From Catajapyx aquilonaris (Eukaryota): DNA of 64,000 nucleotides. The position numbers and the translations under genes are program-made. This document shows positions 38,301-49,588 of this stretch, in pieces. Positions within the stretch are counted from its first letter, which is position 1. Each line of letters starts with the position of its first letter. The notes under the pieces were generated by a model. The model made no database searches. It was not told the DNA's origin and was given only the letters and a program-made list of their open reading frames with translations. The stretch covers positions 62,001-126,000 of the forward strand of contig KZ537983.1 of NCBI GenBank assembly GCA_000934665.2, written 5' to 3'.

Positions 38301-41300
38301 TGGGTTGTGAGGGGGAAGGTGGAGAAAGGCAGTAAAGAACCTCGGCAGGGCATAGCGATTCCAGAGAGGTGCTTAGAGTAGGCATGTATTGTACAGGCAA
38401 ATGGAAGTGGTCCCCTTGGGCACGTGGGATGGCAGATGAATGCGCCAGAAATGCCAGGCAAAGTTGCGCTCTCTTCAATTGGCCACATTCCACCCCCTCG
38501 CACAGATTTTCCCTAGGAAGAAAATATGTACCATCTTCTGTTTCGGCCTGGGTTTCCCCGGAGGCAGCGCACTTTCTAGCCCTCGTACATTTTCTGAATA
38601 CACCCCTATATCCATCCGGCTCTTAGCTCTGCACCTGACAGTTAACACTTGGGGTAACTCTTATCTCGGCCATTCCCGGAGATCGGGCTCGGCCCTTCTG
38701 ATCAGACGAGGCATCTCAATGGCCTCTGAATGTCGCCACAGACCTACAGTATATGCACGCGACTATTCACTTTAGAGGCCATCATGTGCTTGGTCCATGC
38801 ATCTGCTTGGTAAATCCCTCCTGACCTAGAAAGGTCACTCAGGGCCGTGGTCGTGGTCCAATAATACACAGGTTCGGGAAAACCCGTCAGGCCCGGAGCC
38901 GAGCCGTCTCCCGACTCTCTTACACAAAAGAGCCCCCAGGTCTACACCCAGCAGACGCCACTGCCCTCTAGTAAGGGGCAACACTTCGAGCTACAGTATA
39001 CTCGAAGTAACCTAAACAAGATTGGCAAATCACGCGAACGTGATTAGAGTAGACGTTTTCATGTTTTATACTGCTATTGTCTCCAACACCACGGGACTGG
39101 GAGGGGGCGGTGGGATGGACTGGGAGGTCAGGGGGAAAGGGACAGCCTGGGGAGAATGGGCGGTCAGGGGGAGGGGGTGGTGGGGGGAGGGAGCAGCCAG
39201 GGGGAAGGGGCGGATAGAGTGAACCCGGAACCCGAAAATCGAAGAAAAAACCTTATAGCACGGTTCTGTCTGGTCTAGGGGGAATGGGCGGTCAGGGGGA
39301 GGGGGTGGGGGCAGCCAGGGGACTCGAAAAAAGTCTTATAGCACGGCTCTGTCTGTCTGTCTGTCTGATACCTGTCCACAGACAGACAGACACACAGAGC
39401 CGTTCTATAATACTTTTTCTTCGAAAAAGTCTAAAAAATTATATTATTAATTAATGTAGTGGGCTATAATGGGTCAAACAGTCGAATGGCATATTGACGA
39501 GGCATGGATAAAGTGTTTCAAGCGGTATGATGCAAATAGCCCCAACAATGGACATTTCCGATGCATAATTACGGGCCGTGATGCATCGAGGCATTTGGAC
39601 AAGGGGAAAACATCAAAACGCTGTTTGCACTAACCCTGCTGCCAATCAAATCAGAACAGCAAGTTAAAAGTGTACTGGCTCCAGTTTCAAAAACCCAGTC
39701 CTATATCGACTGCCGGATCTGAGAACCGGCATGTGGTATATACCGTCACTCTCCAGGTTTAGAACCACTGAAATGGCGATCTCCCCCACTAAAAGTTCTG
39801 GCGTTAATTGTACGTTTCGCCCAAACAGTTCCAAACAATGTATTCTACAAACCCTGCCACACGTAACCATTCGATTCCAACTGTGGAGCCTGAAACGCAT
39901 GGTAAACGGGCTTGGGGGGCAATAATTGAGTGCCCAACGCCATTGTACTCAAGTGGGTGAGTTGTACTCAATATATAAAGGCCCCATCATGGACCCTCCC
40001 TTCCCATGAGGGGTTGTCCCCTATGCAATCTGGTAGAAAACATGTCGCGATGGCCTATACAGCAAGTACTACCCCACTGCACCATGTTCCAAATAACCCC
40101 CCAAAAAATTAAGGATAACTTTGCTGACCTAAGCCTCTTTTTTGACTGAGGTAATTAACTTAAGGACGGCCGTTTATGAGCAATTGAGTAATTTGAGCAT
40201 TTTGAGCAATAATTTTCTTTTCAGTTGACTCAATCACGCCATTAAAAGAAAGCAGCGACCATTCCTCATAATTTAGAATGAATTTTTAAAATCCATTGGG
40301 CCCCAAAAAAATATATGACAATGAACCTGCTTCAACAATTAACCCCCTTTGGTAAAATGAAAAGCTGGAGCACACACAAGAACAACAAATAAGGGGGGAG
40401 CTGCTAATCTGATTGGTCAGGGTCAGTGTCCACCTTTGTTATGCTTTGGGCTTACTGGTGCAGCCTGCATAAGCGATCATTCTTGATTATTCTAATGACA
40501 GGTTCACTAGAATTAGTAAAAAGTACGTGCACGGATAAAGAAACATGTGGATATGGTTCCGGCCAATCGTAGTTTCTACTACTACAGTACTACTGTAGAA
40601 GGAATTCTTAATTAAACATACGGTTACATTAAATTAAAATAAAAAGTACGACAGCATTTGTGAAGTTCCGCACTAGATGGCACGGATGTTTGGTGGTGGA
40701 AGTGATGTTGAACTTGTAGTCAGTCTTGATGCTGTCAGGCGGGGGCTTCGTATTATCCTCATCTATAGACTCACACTCTCATGCCATTTCCATTATAATT
40801 GGCCCAGTTTTGCTAGAAGCGAGAGTGCATATAGGGCCAACCAGCTATTCCGAATAGCTTGTTACTTCCGTCAGGTTCTCGCAGGCCAACTTATTGCGAC
40901 TAATTAACCGAATTTCGACTCCGCCGATTCCCATCATTCCCGAGCGAGTTAATTTATCTTCCACAACTCGTCCACAATTTCCGCCTTTTCGCTCAGGTTT
41001 GTCGCTACGTTTCCAAGTCTGTTGACTTATATGGCTGGAGAACGGATGGTTCCAAAAGTTCTAGGGGGTAAAAGGGTCCACTTTTTTTTCCACCCTTTCC
41101 ACTTCTTCCTGGCACAATCTTAAATAGCCTTTTGTGACAAAATGTCACTCACCAGGGCTATTCAACTCTCTCGGACCTTCAAGTTTGCTTACAGAAATGG
41201 ATAGCTCTGTCAATATTTTGCCTCTACTTTTCCACCCCCTTTGCAAAGAGGTTTTTCAGTTACTTTTCCAACATTAATTGCCTATTACTGGTAATGACTA

Positions 41301-42384
41301 AGCAGAATAAATATTAACTTTGAAAAAGTATGCTAATTAAAAAGTGAGCTCTTAAAGGACCAGTTTCTTTGTGCAATTAGGTAACGGGCTGCATTTTCAA
41401 ACAGACTTTTTTTTTTTTTTGCTGAGAAGCAATGTATCAACATTGCATTACGGAAATGAGCATGTAATAAGGGCTTGAATTATACAATGTGTAATTATTT
41501 TAAAAGCAATACACTTAAGTATGATCATTATGCACTAATGATGTCATTATCAAAACAAACTCCACTGAACAAAATCGGATCTAAAACAAGTTTCTAACGT
41601 ATGCACAGGATGATTCAGTAATGGTGCAACCTAATACCAATTTAGAGCTCGTCTCTCTGTTCGCCACGGAAGACATTTCTCAATTATTATCAGAGTTGTA
41701 ATTATTGTCATCAAGTGTTCCGCACTGTTCTGGACTTGAAATATCTGCAACTGTACTTACTGTACACACATTTCATGCGCATCCCCCCCCCCCCCCAAAT
41801 TACCATGCCTCCTATCGTATGTATTCCTGGCCACATGTGTTTGAAGCAACAATCCGCATACTAATAAACATGGGCCATGCACATTTTACGACACATGATA
41901 TGACTTTTGCCATTTTTCTCCCCAGCACCCCATCAATCACTACAGCAAACGTGTGCAGCCTGCCCGTTTTGAAGGATGAGACTCCAAACAGTACGTGTCA
42001 TTTGCGAAACAAACATTTACACTATTGTTTCACTAGCGTCATAACAGTGGGTGGGTTGGATACAAAGTAATCAATATAACACTTTTACCACTACAGCATA
42101 TCTGTCAACCCAGCCAAACACAACTCCCCTAATGAACTTCCAGAGCCTTCTTCCAGCTGGCAATAACGATTGAATTTACAAGCAGATTAAACAGTAATCG
42201 TCCTGCAATTAGTTTTTCAACAACTTTCCTGTTGTTATTGTTACCCATCAGCGCCCATGTGCAAATCATCTCATTTGCATTTAAAATTGCGTCAAATTAT
42301 ATGTTGTTTTAAGACCCCCTTCCCTATTTATCCATTCCATTTTCAGCAGCTGCTCTGTATCAACCAGATTACACACTAGGCTTG

Positions 42385-42455
<71 letters not shown>

Positions 42456-45400
42456 GGATGATGCACATCAAATGATGCCTTACAAAGCAATGGAGCACCT
42501 TATTGGTCAAACCCACTAATATCCCAAAGTTCAGGCAATGTTGCCAGATATGGCCCTTCGCTCACACGCTGTGCAGGTTCCAGGATTAATGAAAGGGCCA
42601 TTTCGATGCGAATCCAATCTCGAGGCTGCACCCGGCCCTCCCAAAAAGCAAGCCAAGAAAATAGAAAACATTTCCGAATTTTCTCCAACCAAGTCTTCTA
42701 CTGCTAGACCAATAAAATTCCATCCTCGCCAAAAATTGCACGCTCCCAACCTATTATTCGGAGGTCTTTGGCAGGAACAAATGACACGCTGGGTGCGGCA
42801 AATTTCCTGCTAGGAACGATTATTCATCCAGATGATTACCTGCTAGACTTTTTTTTCCCTCCAAAAAGAAGGAAAAGGAGGGGGAAAATAGACACAGAAA
42901 AGGGAAAAGTAAAGCGACTTGAAGGAAATTATTCACAAAAGAAGATCTGTAATTAAAAATGAATCCGCAACTCGGATTGCTTCCATTTGCTTAATTAGTC
43001 CTCAGGAAAAGATTTTCCACTGCAGGAATGGGAGGGTAGTAAAAAGGAATCGTAATGGAAGAAGAAGAAGAAAAAAAAAAAATCTGGATTTAGTTTCTCG
43101 TTCCGTATATTGTACGCTCTAAAGTTGACTTTTCATGGGGTTAATTTCCTCGCAGGTTGACGTGATTAACAGCTGAATTAGCCTCTTTTAAGCCACCTCA
43201 TTATCGTTCGGCTACAAAAGTTGAGCAATTTGGCTGATACAATAGTACTAATTATTACTATTAATGTTTTTTTCTGCATGATCTTAATTCAATAAGCATT
43301 CTTTGCAATGAAAAAGGCGATTCATCCAGCAAGAGGGTTTTGACTTTAATAACTAATAAAATAAATGGAAAATAATAATAAGCAATATGATCTTAAATTC
43401 AATCAAAATGCTCTACAGAGACACGTGTCCCCAAGTTCCCCCTCTAATAGGGGATTTTTACTCAATTACCGAGTTGAACGATTGATTAGGCTGATTGTTG
43501 TCCTGGGAATAGTTGTGATCCGATCTCCCCAAAACCTCCATAAGCCCTATCTTACATTTAAAAAACCCAGGATTTGAAACGTAATCCGAGCCATCAAAGC
43601 CCAACCAATTTGCATTCAAATCGCGCTTCCCTTTCGCCCCATAAGGCCAGTTTAATGGACCAAACGACATCGTACTTCCTACGTCACACATCACAGAATT
43701 CCTCAACATTACGCGGTACATCGTGTTGTCAGGGCAGTACATTATTACATGAACCTACAGTGATGTCCCAACAATAAGTGCTCAATTTTAACATACACTG
43801 TGTTTCACAATTTAAATGTGACCATCATCAAAATATGCATTAAAATTCCGAGGTGATATAATCAACCCATTTAATGCCTTGTGAATAAAACGATTAAAGA
43901 TGAGGGTGCAAAATTTCGCAATAAAATTCTTCCGCACACAAAGTCGACCAAATTTGTCTGCGGTTGAAACACACGTCTATGCAGCCGAAATGGGCATCCT
44001 CTACATGCAAATTTATCAGCATTGTTGACTCTGACTACGCACTCCCCTCCTCTGTTTAGGGACACAAAGCCGAATGAAACATCAGCATAGATACCAGTCC
44101 CTGATAAATATCCTGTCAGTTGTGACTTCCAATATGAGAGGATGTGTTGGGAGAGGGGGGGGGGGAGGTATATAGCTTGAATGGAATGGAATCCAACCAC
44201 CAGAAAAGCTCTCCCTCTGGTGGGCTTTTGGAAATTCCAGCCAGCTAACACTTCCTCTCCCCTATCCCCATAACCCCATCCCTTGAAAAAACCAGCATCC
44301 CCCCCCCCCCCCACAGTTCCCATGCGACTAATTGTAATTCGTCAGCTCTCCGATCCGACTTCTGATTCCAGCCTACTCATTACTCAGGACAGGTTTGTAA
44401 TTTTTCCTCCCCCGCCTCCCAAATTACCGCCCATTTCAGGGACACCACTTCTTGAATATCGGCCGTGGTTTGGCGGCCATGTTGGAAGAGAAGACAGGCG
44501 GGAAAGGCGTCCAACGGTTTTCTAACGGCTTCCAAAGGGCGGCCATGTTGGAAGAGAAAACACGTGGGAAAGGCGTCCAACGGCTTCCAACGGTTTTCTA
44601 ACGGCTGCCAACGGGCGGCCATATTGGAGCAATAATTCAGTTTTGTTTTTAGCAATGCGGCGCTCTTCTCCAACAGAATAAATGAGGAACCTACTAAGTA
44701 GTGGTGATGAGGAAACTGGCGGAGAATCGAATTACGGTTTGACCTGACTGGCTCTGGGAAGAGGGGCTGAGTTCAGATGGGGAAAGTTACCTTAGCTCTC
44801 CAAACCTTCGCCACTTCCCTTAAAATCCCATCAAACAAGGTGAAAACTTTGTCCTCCTAGAGATACTGCTAGCTATACCCTAAGAGCCGGGCCTAAAGTA
44901 AACCTTGAGCGGCTGGTAATTAAAGTGTAATTCAAGCATGTTTCTGCACAGCAACACAACCGGATTAATGAGCGATTCCGCGCTTAACCTCCGATATACA
45001 GTAAGTCACGCTCTTGTTCCTGCAGGAACTAGAGTCAATAGTCGTTTGCTGATGTGCAAATCATCTACGCGACAGGAATATTCCAGGGAATTTGCTTTAT
45101 CTAACGATATGTCATCTTCTATCTACCGTTTCAATGTCACTTTCTGTTGTAGATTGCAGGTCTGGTAACTGCTCGCTGTGAGTTGTACGGCATGTTTGAA
45201 GAAACCGGATCTTTCCATTATCAACCTTGTACAAACAACCACAAAAGAGCAGGTCTTTGTCCAAAACTGTCATATAAGTTCTTGATACTGCCCACTACGA
45301 TAATATAAGCTATTTTCAGCTATTTACAATACGACCCCCGTATAATGGACAGTGGCCATATATCATGCTATTATTTTTACAGCCCCTGCAGTTCATTACG

Positions 45401-48172
45401 CGTTATAAAATAATAATTAGCTTAGTTACCCAACTGCAAAATGCATCCCGGCCCATAATCTGCGGTCTATTCATACCCACCACGCTGACAACATAAACAT
45501 AATACTGTACAACGATCATACGCATCCACGCACATTCCCACATCTCCCACTCCATGCAAATTACATTTTTTTTTTGTACAGGTAGAAATAGGTGACATCC
45601 AAACTCGGCAAACTCCGAGCAACCAGAACCAAAACATGACCTGTATGTCACTCGACCTGTCTTAATAATATTTATGATCACACAACATGACTTCATTTCT
45701 ACGACACACATCACACGCAACTCACGGACATTGCGAATATGCACCCTAGTCCTTTTAACCCCCCCTTCCAACATACAGAGGTTGTTTCAAGATTTATCGA
45801 GCGTCGTCGTCCCAACGCTTCTGTCCGCTTTGTCATAGGACCGCCGCCTCTTCTATTATTCCAGTCAAAAGCTCGACTCGTGAATCAAGAATGGCGGAAT
45901 TGGGAGTAGGTGGGGAGGATTGCACAAGAGTTATACTTATCTCTCCTGGGAACTGAATTTCGAGGGTGTGTCTGGAGGAATATTTGCGACTTCCATACTT
46001 GTTTTGCCCCTTATATTTTTTTCCCCCTCTCTTCGTTTTTTCCCCCATCGTGGCAATATTTGAGTTGAGATTGGCCTGGACGATATGGTGCACGCGAATC
46101 AGGTCCGCAACGGATATTAAACCGGGTAAAGTACACGGAAACTATATCTGTCAACTGATCTTGCAAAAAAAACGAACGGTAGGTCAATTGTGTTGCAGTA
46201 ACCGAACCCCCCCCCCCCATCCGGAAAAAAGTAAACCAGAGTCAGAATACAAAGTCAACGTACTTTTAATCCAGTTTTTGCTCAAGTTCAAAATCTGGGC
46301 CTGAAGCCAGGACCGCGAATTTATACTACGCGTTTGATGATAAACTGTGGGTGTATCCGGAGCTATAAATTAGTGGGAAAACAAGCATATTCCTAGGGCA
46401 AAAAAGGATGGAATGGTGCGAAAGAGAGAGATCGAGATAAGCCATTCCAAAAGCGATAAGGTCTCTGGAGATCGAAGTGGGGACCCCGGTGCTGTCGGAA
46501 AAGGGCTTTTGTTTGCCAACCAGAAGCAATCAAGTAAAGATGCCAGCTCCGGGGAGGTGGAGTTGCAACTAAGTAATTGAAGGACTGTCACAATCAAGGG
46601 ATAGTATACTATAGGAGGAGTCGGTGAAAAATAAACTTGGCTTGATTCGAGTTAAAGGGACGCCGAACACCTTCAGCAAAGTGGGAGAAATCAGTTTTAA
46701 TCAGAAAAAAACAGGTCACATCAGGTCAGAAAATTGTCATCCACAAGTTGGCAGTTTTGCCACTAGATGGCGTTGATGCGCGAGTCGTGATACGGGCGGA
46801 GACGAGGCTAGTCGTAACAAATAGGTTGTTTACAGCCAGTGTGTTATTGGACCACGACCCTAAGGGATGACCTAAAGAGGTCAAATCACACAACATTTAT
46901 TCTGTGGCGTTTTAAACACCTATTGCCCCATTGGGTGGCACTACTAACATTCCAGGAAACCAATTACATCAATTATTCACTTCAAGCATTCGATTAGTAC
47001 CTAAAATACAGCTCAGTGTACTGTCCCGTACCGGACACTGAACCCAAACAGCATTTCCGATGCACCGTCTCAACCCTGCAGAAATCCCAAGAAAACGTGA
47101 CATTAACACGAATTACCACTAAGGCATCGCATTACCCTTCCATGACAACCTCTCGTCTTAGCACGAAGCACCATTTGCAAGAAAACGACGTTTCGCAAAG
47201 AAACGCGCTTAAAATCACCTATAATTCTCCGCCAAGAGCTCTCCTCGCTTCCAGCCCACGAGTAAGTGACGTCATTACTAATTCAAGAAGCTTTTATCTC
47301 CAGGTCGGCGTTTTCGAAGCAGAAGAAAAGAGGTGGAAGAAATGCGAAGCGACAACCACAATCCGGGCAGGAAGAAGTAGAAGAAAAGACTGGGCGTCAG
47401 GCATACATCTTCTTTCCACCCAGTTACCTTCATCCTTTTCCACACTTACCGTTTCATCATGGTGGAATAATCTTCTATCATTTTTCTAACACTAGGACCT
47501 GTTTAATCTCGTCGTCGAGTTATTAATGCCATTAGGTGCACTTGTTACACACCCAAACCTAGTGACGTTCCAAAAATGGGCGAGAAGCATGCTCCATTTT
47601 TCCGATACGATAAAGCCAACGGCAAACCGATAATACAGGCCTCCCTGATCATAAATTCATGATAATTAATTTGGAGGCATTAATCACCCTACTTAACGCG
47701 GCTACGACAGGCCATTGATCATCAGGACTGTGTGAAGCTCAGGCCCTGGATTAAGTTGACTTTGCGTATTATCAAAATTTGGGAGGAAATAGTCGCATTT
47801 TTGACGTGACTGGGCAAAAACTGCCTGAGTTGTCAAAATTCAGAACGAATATATTATTCTGTAGTAGTTGAAGATACTTACCAAGGACCCTGAGGAAGAC
47901 GTAGTGCGAATGTCGAGTTCCGAGAGAGTTGGATGCGCTGCATCGGTACCAGCCTTCGTTCTTCTTCTGAAGTGGCTTGAACCTGAGGCTACCATCCGAT
48001 TCCATGATGAAGTTGTCCCCTTCGTCCGGGAGGCTCTGCCCGGAGCGCAACTGCCAGCTGACCCTAGGTCGTGGGTCACCTCGAGTTTCACACAGCAGCC
48101 TGACCTCCGCTCCCTCCCGTGCTGTCGCGTTTGATGGAGGTACCGCCATTGCTGGTTCAGATCCTTTTCCAA
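15756..48172 (-). CDS. Nrk: MuSK/Nrk-type (Ror-superfamily) receptor tyrosine kinase, 5'-partial; exons in transcription order 48172-47882, 31440-31316, 21973-21772, 18988-18786, 18704-18406, 18014-17797, 17701-17412, 17338-17180, 17006-16542, 16316-16163, 15967-15756
   Basis: All junction phases are compatible, giving about 870 codons. Domains: Ig, Ig, Frizzled CRD ([11 protein letters not shown]...LCQEDC), kringle (NYCRN..PWCYT), TM, kinase ([49 protein letters not shown]). From memory the activation loop resembles Drosophila Nrk and MuSK more than Ror or Trk. Confidence 0.92.
16378..16438. repeat. Short intronic tandem repeat, unit about ACATCTACATTCT
   Basis: Directly visible. Confidence 0.8.
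17412..18988 (-). CDS. Nrk: Frizzled-CRD, kringle and transmembrane exons of the Nrk/MuSK gene (4 exons)
   Basis: Cys patterns of CRD and kringle, a Gly-rich linker, and the hydrophobic helix [23 protein letters not shown] followed by HRLWRR. Confidence 0.93.
19600..19847. mobile_element. Fold-back element made of two inverted tRNA-SINE-like arms
   Basis: CTTGGCCATGGGCAGAGAAGGGAGTGCAATTCTGCC at the left end and its reverse complement at the right end. Each arm carries B-box GGTTCAAATCCC. Confidence 0.8.
20724..21157. repeat. 39-bp minisatellite, about 11 copies
   Basis: Unit GTGTGAGTCCGTTATCCA(G/T)GTGCCAAGCCAGGAGGCTAG, head-to-tail with no spacers. Confidence 0.97.
21772..21973 (-). CDS. 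Nrk: Nrk/MuSK exon: second half of Ig domain 2
   Basis: [19 protein letters not shown] (Ig F-strand YxC); ttttag acceptor and gtaagt donor; phase 0 to 1. Confidence 0.85.
22657..22752. mobile_element. About 100-bp hairpin MITE, copy A
   Basis: AGTAAGGGTAAAAGTCGCATGCATG...CATGCATGCGACTTTCACCCTTACT; second copy at 23641-23739. Confidence 0.8.
23641..23739. mobile_element. About 100-bp hairpin MITE, copy B (inverted relative to A)
   Basis: ACCAGTAAGGGTGAAAGTCGCATGCATG...CATGCATGCGACTTTCACCCTTACTGGT. Confidence 0.8.
24997..25087. repeat. Near-perfect 90-bp palindrome
   Basis: Arm TGGATTCGATCCTGCAACCCTCTCATTTATAGAAAAA and its reverse complement. A single arm recurs at about 28001-28025. Confidence 0.85.
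28994..29257. mobile_element. Fold-back MITE, about 265 bp
   Basis: Imperfect arms of about 125 bp: GTCGCCTCCGATTTGGTTGAAAC.CGCTTGAGGGGTCACTCAT and ATGAGTGACCCCTCAAGCGAGTTTCAACCCAATCGGAGGCGAC. Confidence 0.8.
31316..31440 (-). CDS. Nrk: Nrk/MuSK exon: first half of Ig domain 2
   Basis: [42 protein letters not shown]; ttgcag acceptor and gtaagt donor; phase 1 to 0. Confidence 0.88.
31938..33211 (-). mobile_element. Mariner DNA transposon with both TIRs and a decayed transposase
   Basis: 44-bp perfect TIRs CGAGGGAGGGTCAAAAAGTTATCTACCTAGGTATGAAGGACATG and a TA TSD on both sides. Fragments [45 protein letters not shown] (YSPDLAPSD-like) and [12 protein letters not shown], broken by frameshifts. 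Confidence 0.95.
33430..33680 (+). mobile_element. Possible L1-clade LINE ORF2 C-terminal remnant
   Basis: [14 protein letters not shown]....FLEGWPPFL across frames resembles the C-terminus of L1-clade ORF2 proteins. Pattern recall only. Confidence 0.3.
35136..35708. mobile_element. Compound fold-back element: outer 17-bp inverted repeat enclosing two adjacent hairpins
   Basis: ATCGGGTCATACTGCTA / TAGCAGTATGACCCGAT at the ends; inner inverted repeats at about 35151-35488 and 35489-35690. Confidence 0.75.
36441..36610 (+). mobile_element. Short solo-LTR-like element
   Basis: TGTGA...TCACA termini, internal AATAAA, flanks CTAT/ATAT (possible 4-bp TSD with one mismatch). Confidence 0.5.
38028..38217. 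mobile_element. Fold-back MITE with repeated CCACGTGGAA motifs
   Basis: CTCCGCCAAAAATCTGGAA / TTCCAGATTTTTGGCGGAG ends with arms of about 85 bp. Confidence 0.8.
38820..38983 (-). mobile_element. Dispersed solo-LTR-like repeat family, copy 1
   Basis: Shares GGTCGTGGTCCAATAATACA and AGACGCCACTGCCCTCTAGT with 59418-59601. Confidence 0.65.
39336..39410. repeat. Palindrome with (TCTG)n/(CAGA)n core; partial direct repeat at 39252-39280
   Basis: TTATAGCACGGCTCTGTCTGTCTG...CAGACAGACACACAGAGCCGTTCTATAA. Confidence 0.7.
42386..42454. repeat. (TAT)n microsatellite
   Basis: Directly visible. Confidence 0.97.
44472..44627. repeat. About 67-80-bp tandem repeat, 2+ copies
   Basis: GGCGGCCATGTTGGAAGAGAA..GGGAAAGGCGTCCAACGG repeats; GGCGGCCAT occurs three times. 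Confidence 0.8.
46735..46895 (+). mobile_element. Solo-LTR-like repeat family, copy 2
   Basis: TGTCA...CA termini; contains TTATTGGACCACGACC and TGACCTAAAGAGGTCA, the reverse complement of the family core. Confidence 0.55.
47882..48172 (-). CDS. Nrk: Nrk/MuSK exon: Ig domain 1 (I-set)
   Basis: [18 protein letters not shown]...[26 protein letters not shown]; tttgcag acceptor and gtaagt donor; phase 1 to 1. Confidence 0.9.
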
Positions 48173-48235
48173 CTGCAAAGAGTGATACAACAAGTTATTA
48201 TTAGTATCGGCTATTGTTTGTGGCTCACACCCACA

Positions 48236-48450
48236 ATATTGGTTATGGTCCACCTCTGTATAATAGTCAAGTATTGACTGTGGCCTAATGCTATTGGTTA
48301 TGGTCTCTGCCATATGCATGGACCGATGGTATTGGTTATTGCCTATGACACTGGTTACGGTCTCAGATATTGGTTACGGTACTGGTTATAGCCAGGAGTA
48401 TTGGTTGCGGCATACGGCTATGGTTATGTGGCCAATAAAGCCGGTTATGC
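48236..48450. repeat. Degenerate tandem repeat (ATTGGTTATGG-like)
   Basis: The TGGTTA core recurs about 8-10 times. Confidence 0.6.
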
Positions 48451-49490
48451 ACTACAGTTTGTAACAGTTGCAGCGAGTTATTGCCTCTTCCGCTAGTATA
48501 GGCTATTGGCCATTGTCACATTGATAGCCTAATATGAAGGAAAGACAGATGGGGTGACATATCCCTTTTAAATACCAACATTTCGAACATACTCTTCATT
48601 TCAAAATAGTGATTGATACAAAGGCCCTGTTTATCAAATTAGCGTTTAATTTTTTTAATTATTCTAAATATCACCTTTAACACCTAGTTCAAATTGTATA
48701 GCCGCAAAGGTACTTAACTTTTGAAACAAAAATTCCGTGAACACCTACAATGGTATTATTAAATAAGTTACTAGCGTTTACGCCAATTATTCAAAAAACC
48801 CTTCGGTAACACCCTACTGAGCACAAAATCATTGTAATCTTTTATTCAGATATGTCTATAGGCAATGCATGGACTTGTGGCTTCATATATTCTCCTCATC
48901 CCAGCCTATTCTTGTATAAAAAACGCCTTCACCCAATGTCACCACATATTATCCGCCAATCTAAATTAAAAAATTCCTCCCAAATATAATTAACGTATAA
49001 TTTGTCGCCCGCAGATTTCCCTTTTCAGTAAAATCCTCAAGTGCCTGCATTATACTTCCACGAAAATGGTCCCAAAAAAAAAATCTCTCCTCGCAATTAC
49101 TTTCTTTATAAGTTTTTCAATGAGGCTGAAAGCAGTTCCTCTTTTTTGCCCTTTTTTCCTCTTGCTTTTTGCTTCCTCCAGTTAGAACAGAGAGAACTAC
49201 TTCTGAGCAGTTGGGAGCTCAATTAAATATAGATGGGTCCAGATGGGATTGACCGCCAGGGGAGAATTGATCTTTGGCAGAGGGCGCAGATCTCAAGGAC
49301 CACTCCGAGACCGCCAGTGATTGGCCAGGTTTTCAAGTACCAAAGGAGGAAAAAAAATATGGAGGGAAGGGGGATCAGGTCCATTTTGTAAACACATTTT
49401 GGCTTCTTTAGATAGCTCACATGGAAGGTTGAATTTCGATCAAGGAAGTGCGTGGAAGCAGAATTGCTCGGAGAGGTAGGGGAAAGGTTC

Positions 49491-49588
49491 GACTGACGTC
49501 CTGGGTCCGCTGACGTCCTGGGTCAGCAGACGTCCTGGGTCCGCTGACATCCTGGGTCAGCTGACGTCTCGCTCATCAGCTGACGTCA
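49491..49588. repeat. 17-bp tandem repeat GCTGACGTCCTGGGTC(C/A), about 4-5 copies
   Basis: Directly visible; ends in TGACGTCA. Confidence 0.85.
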
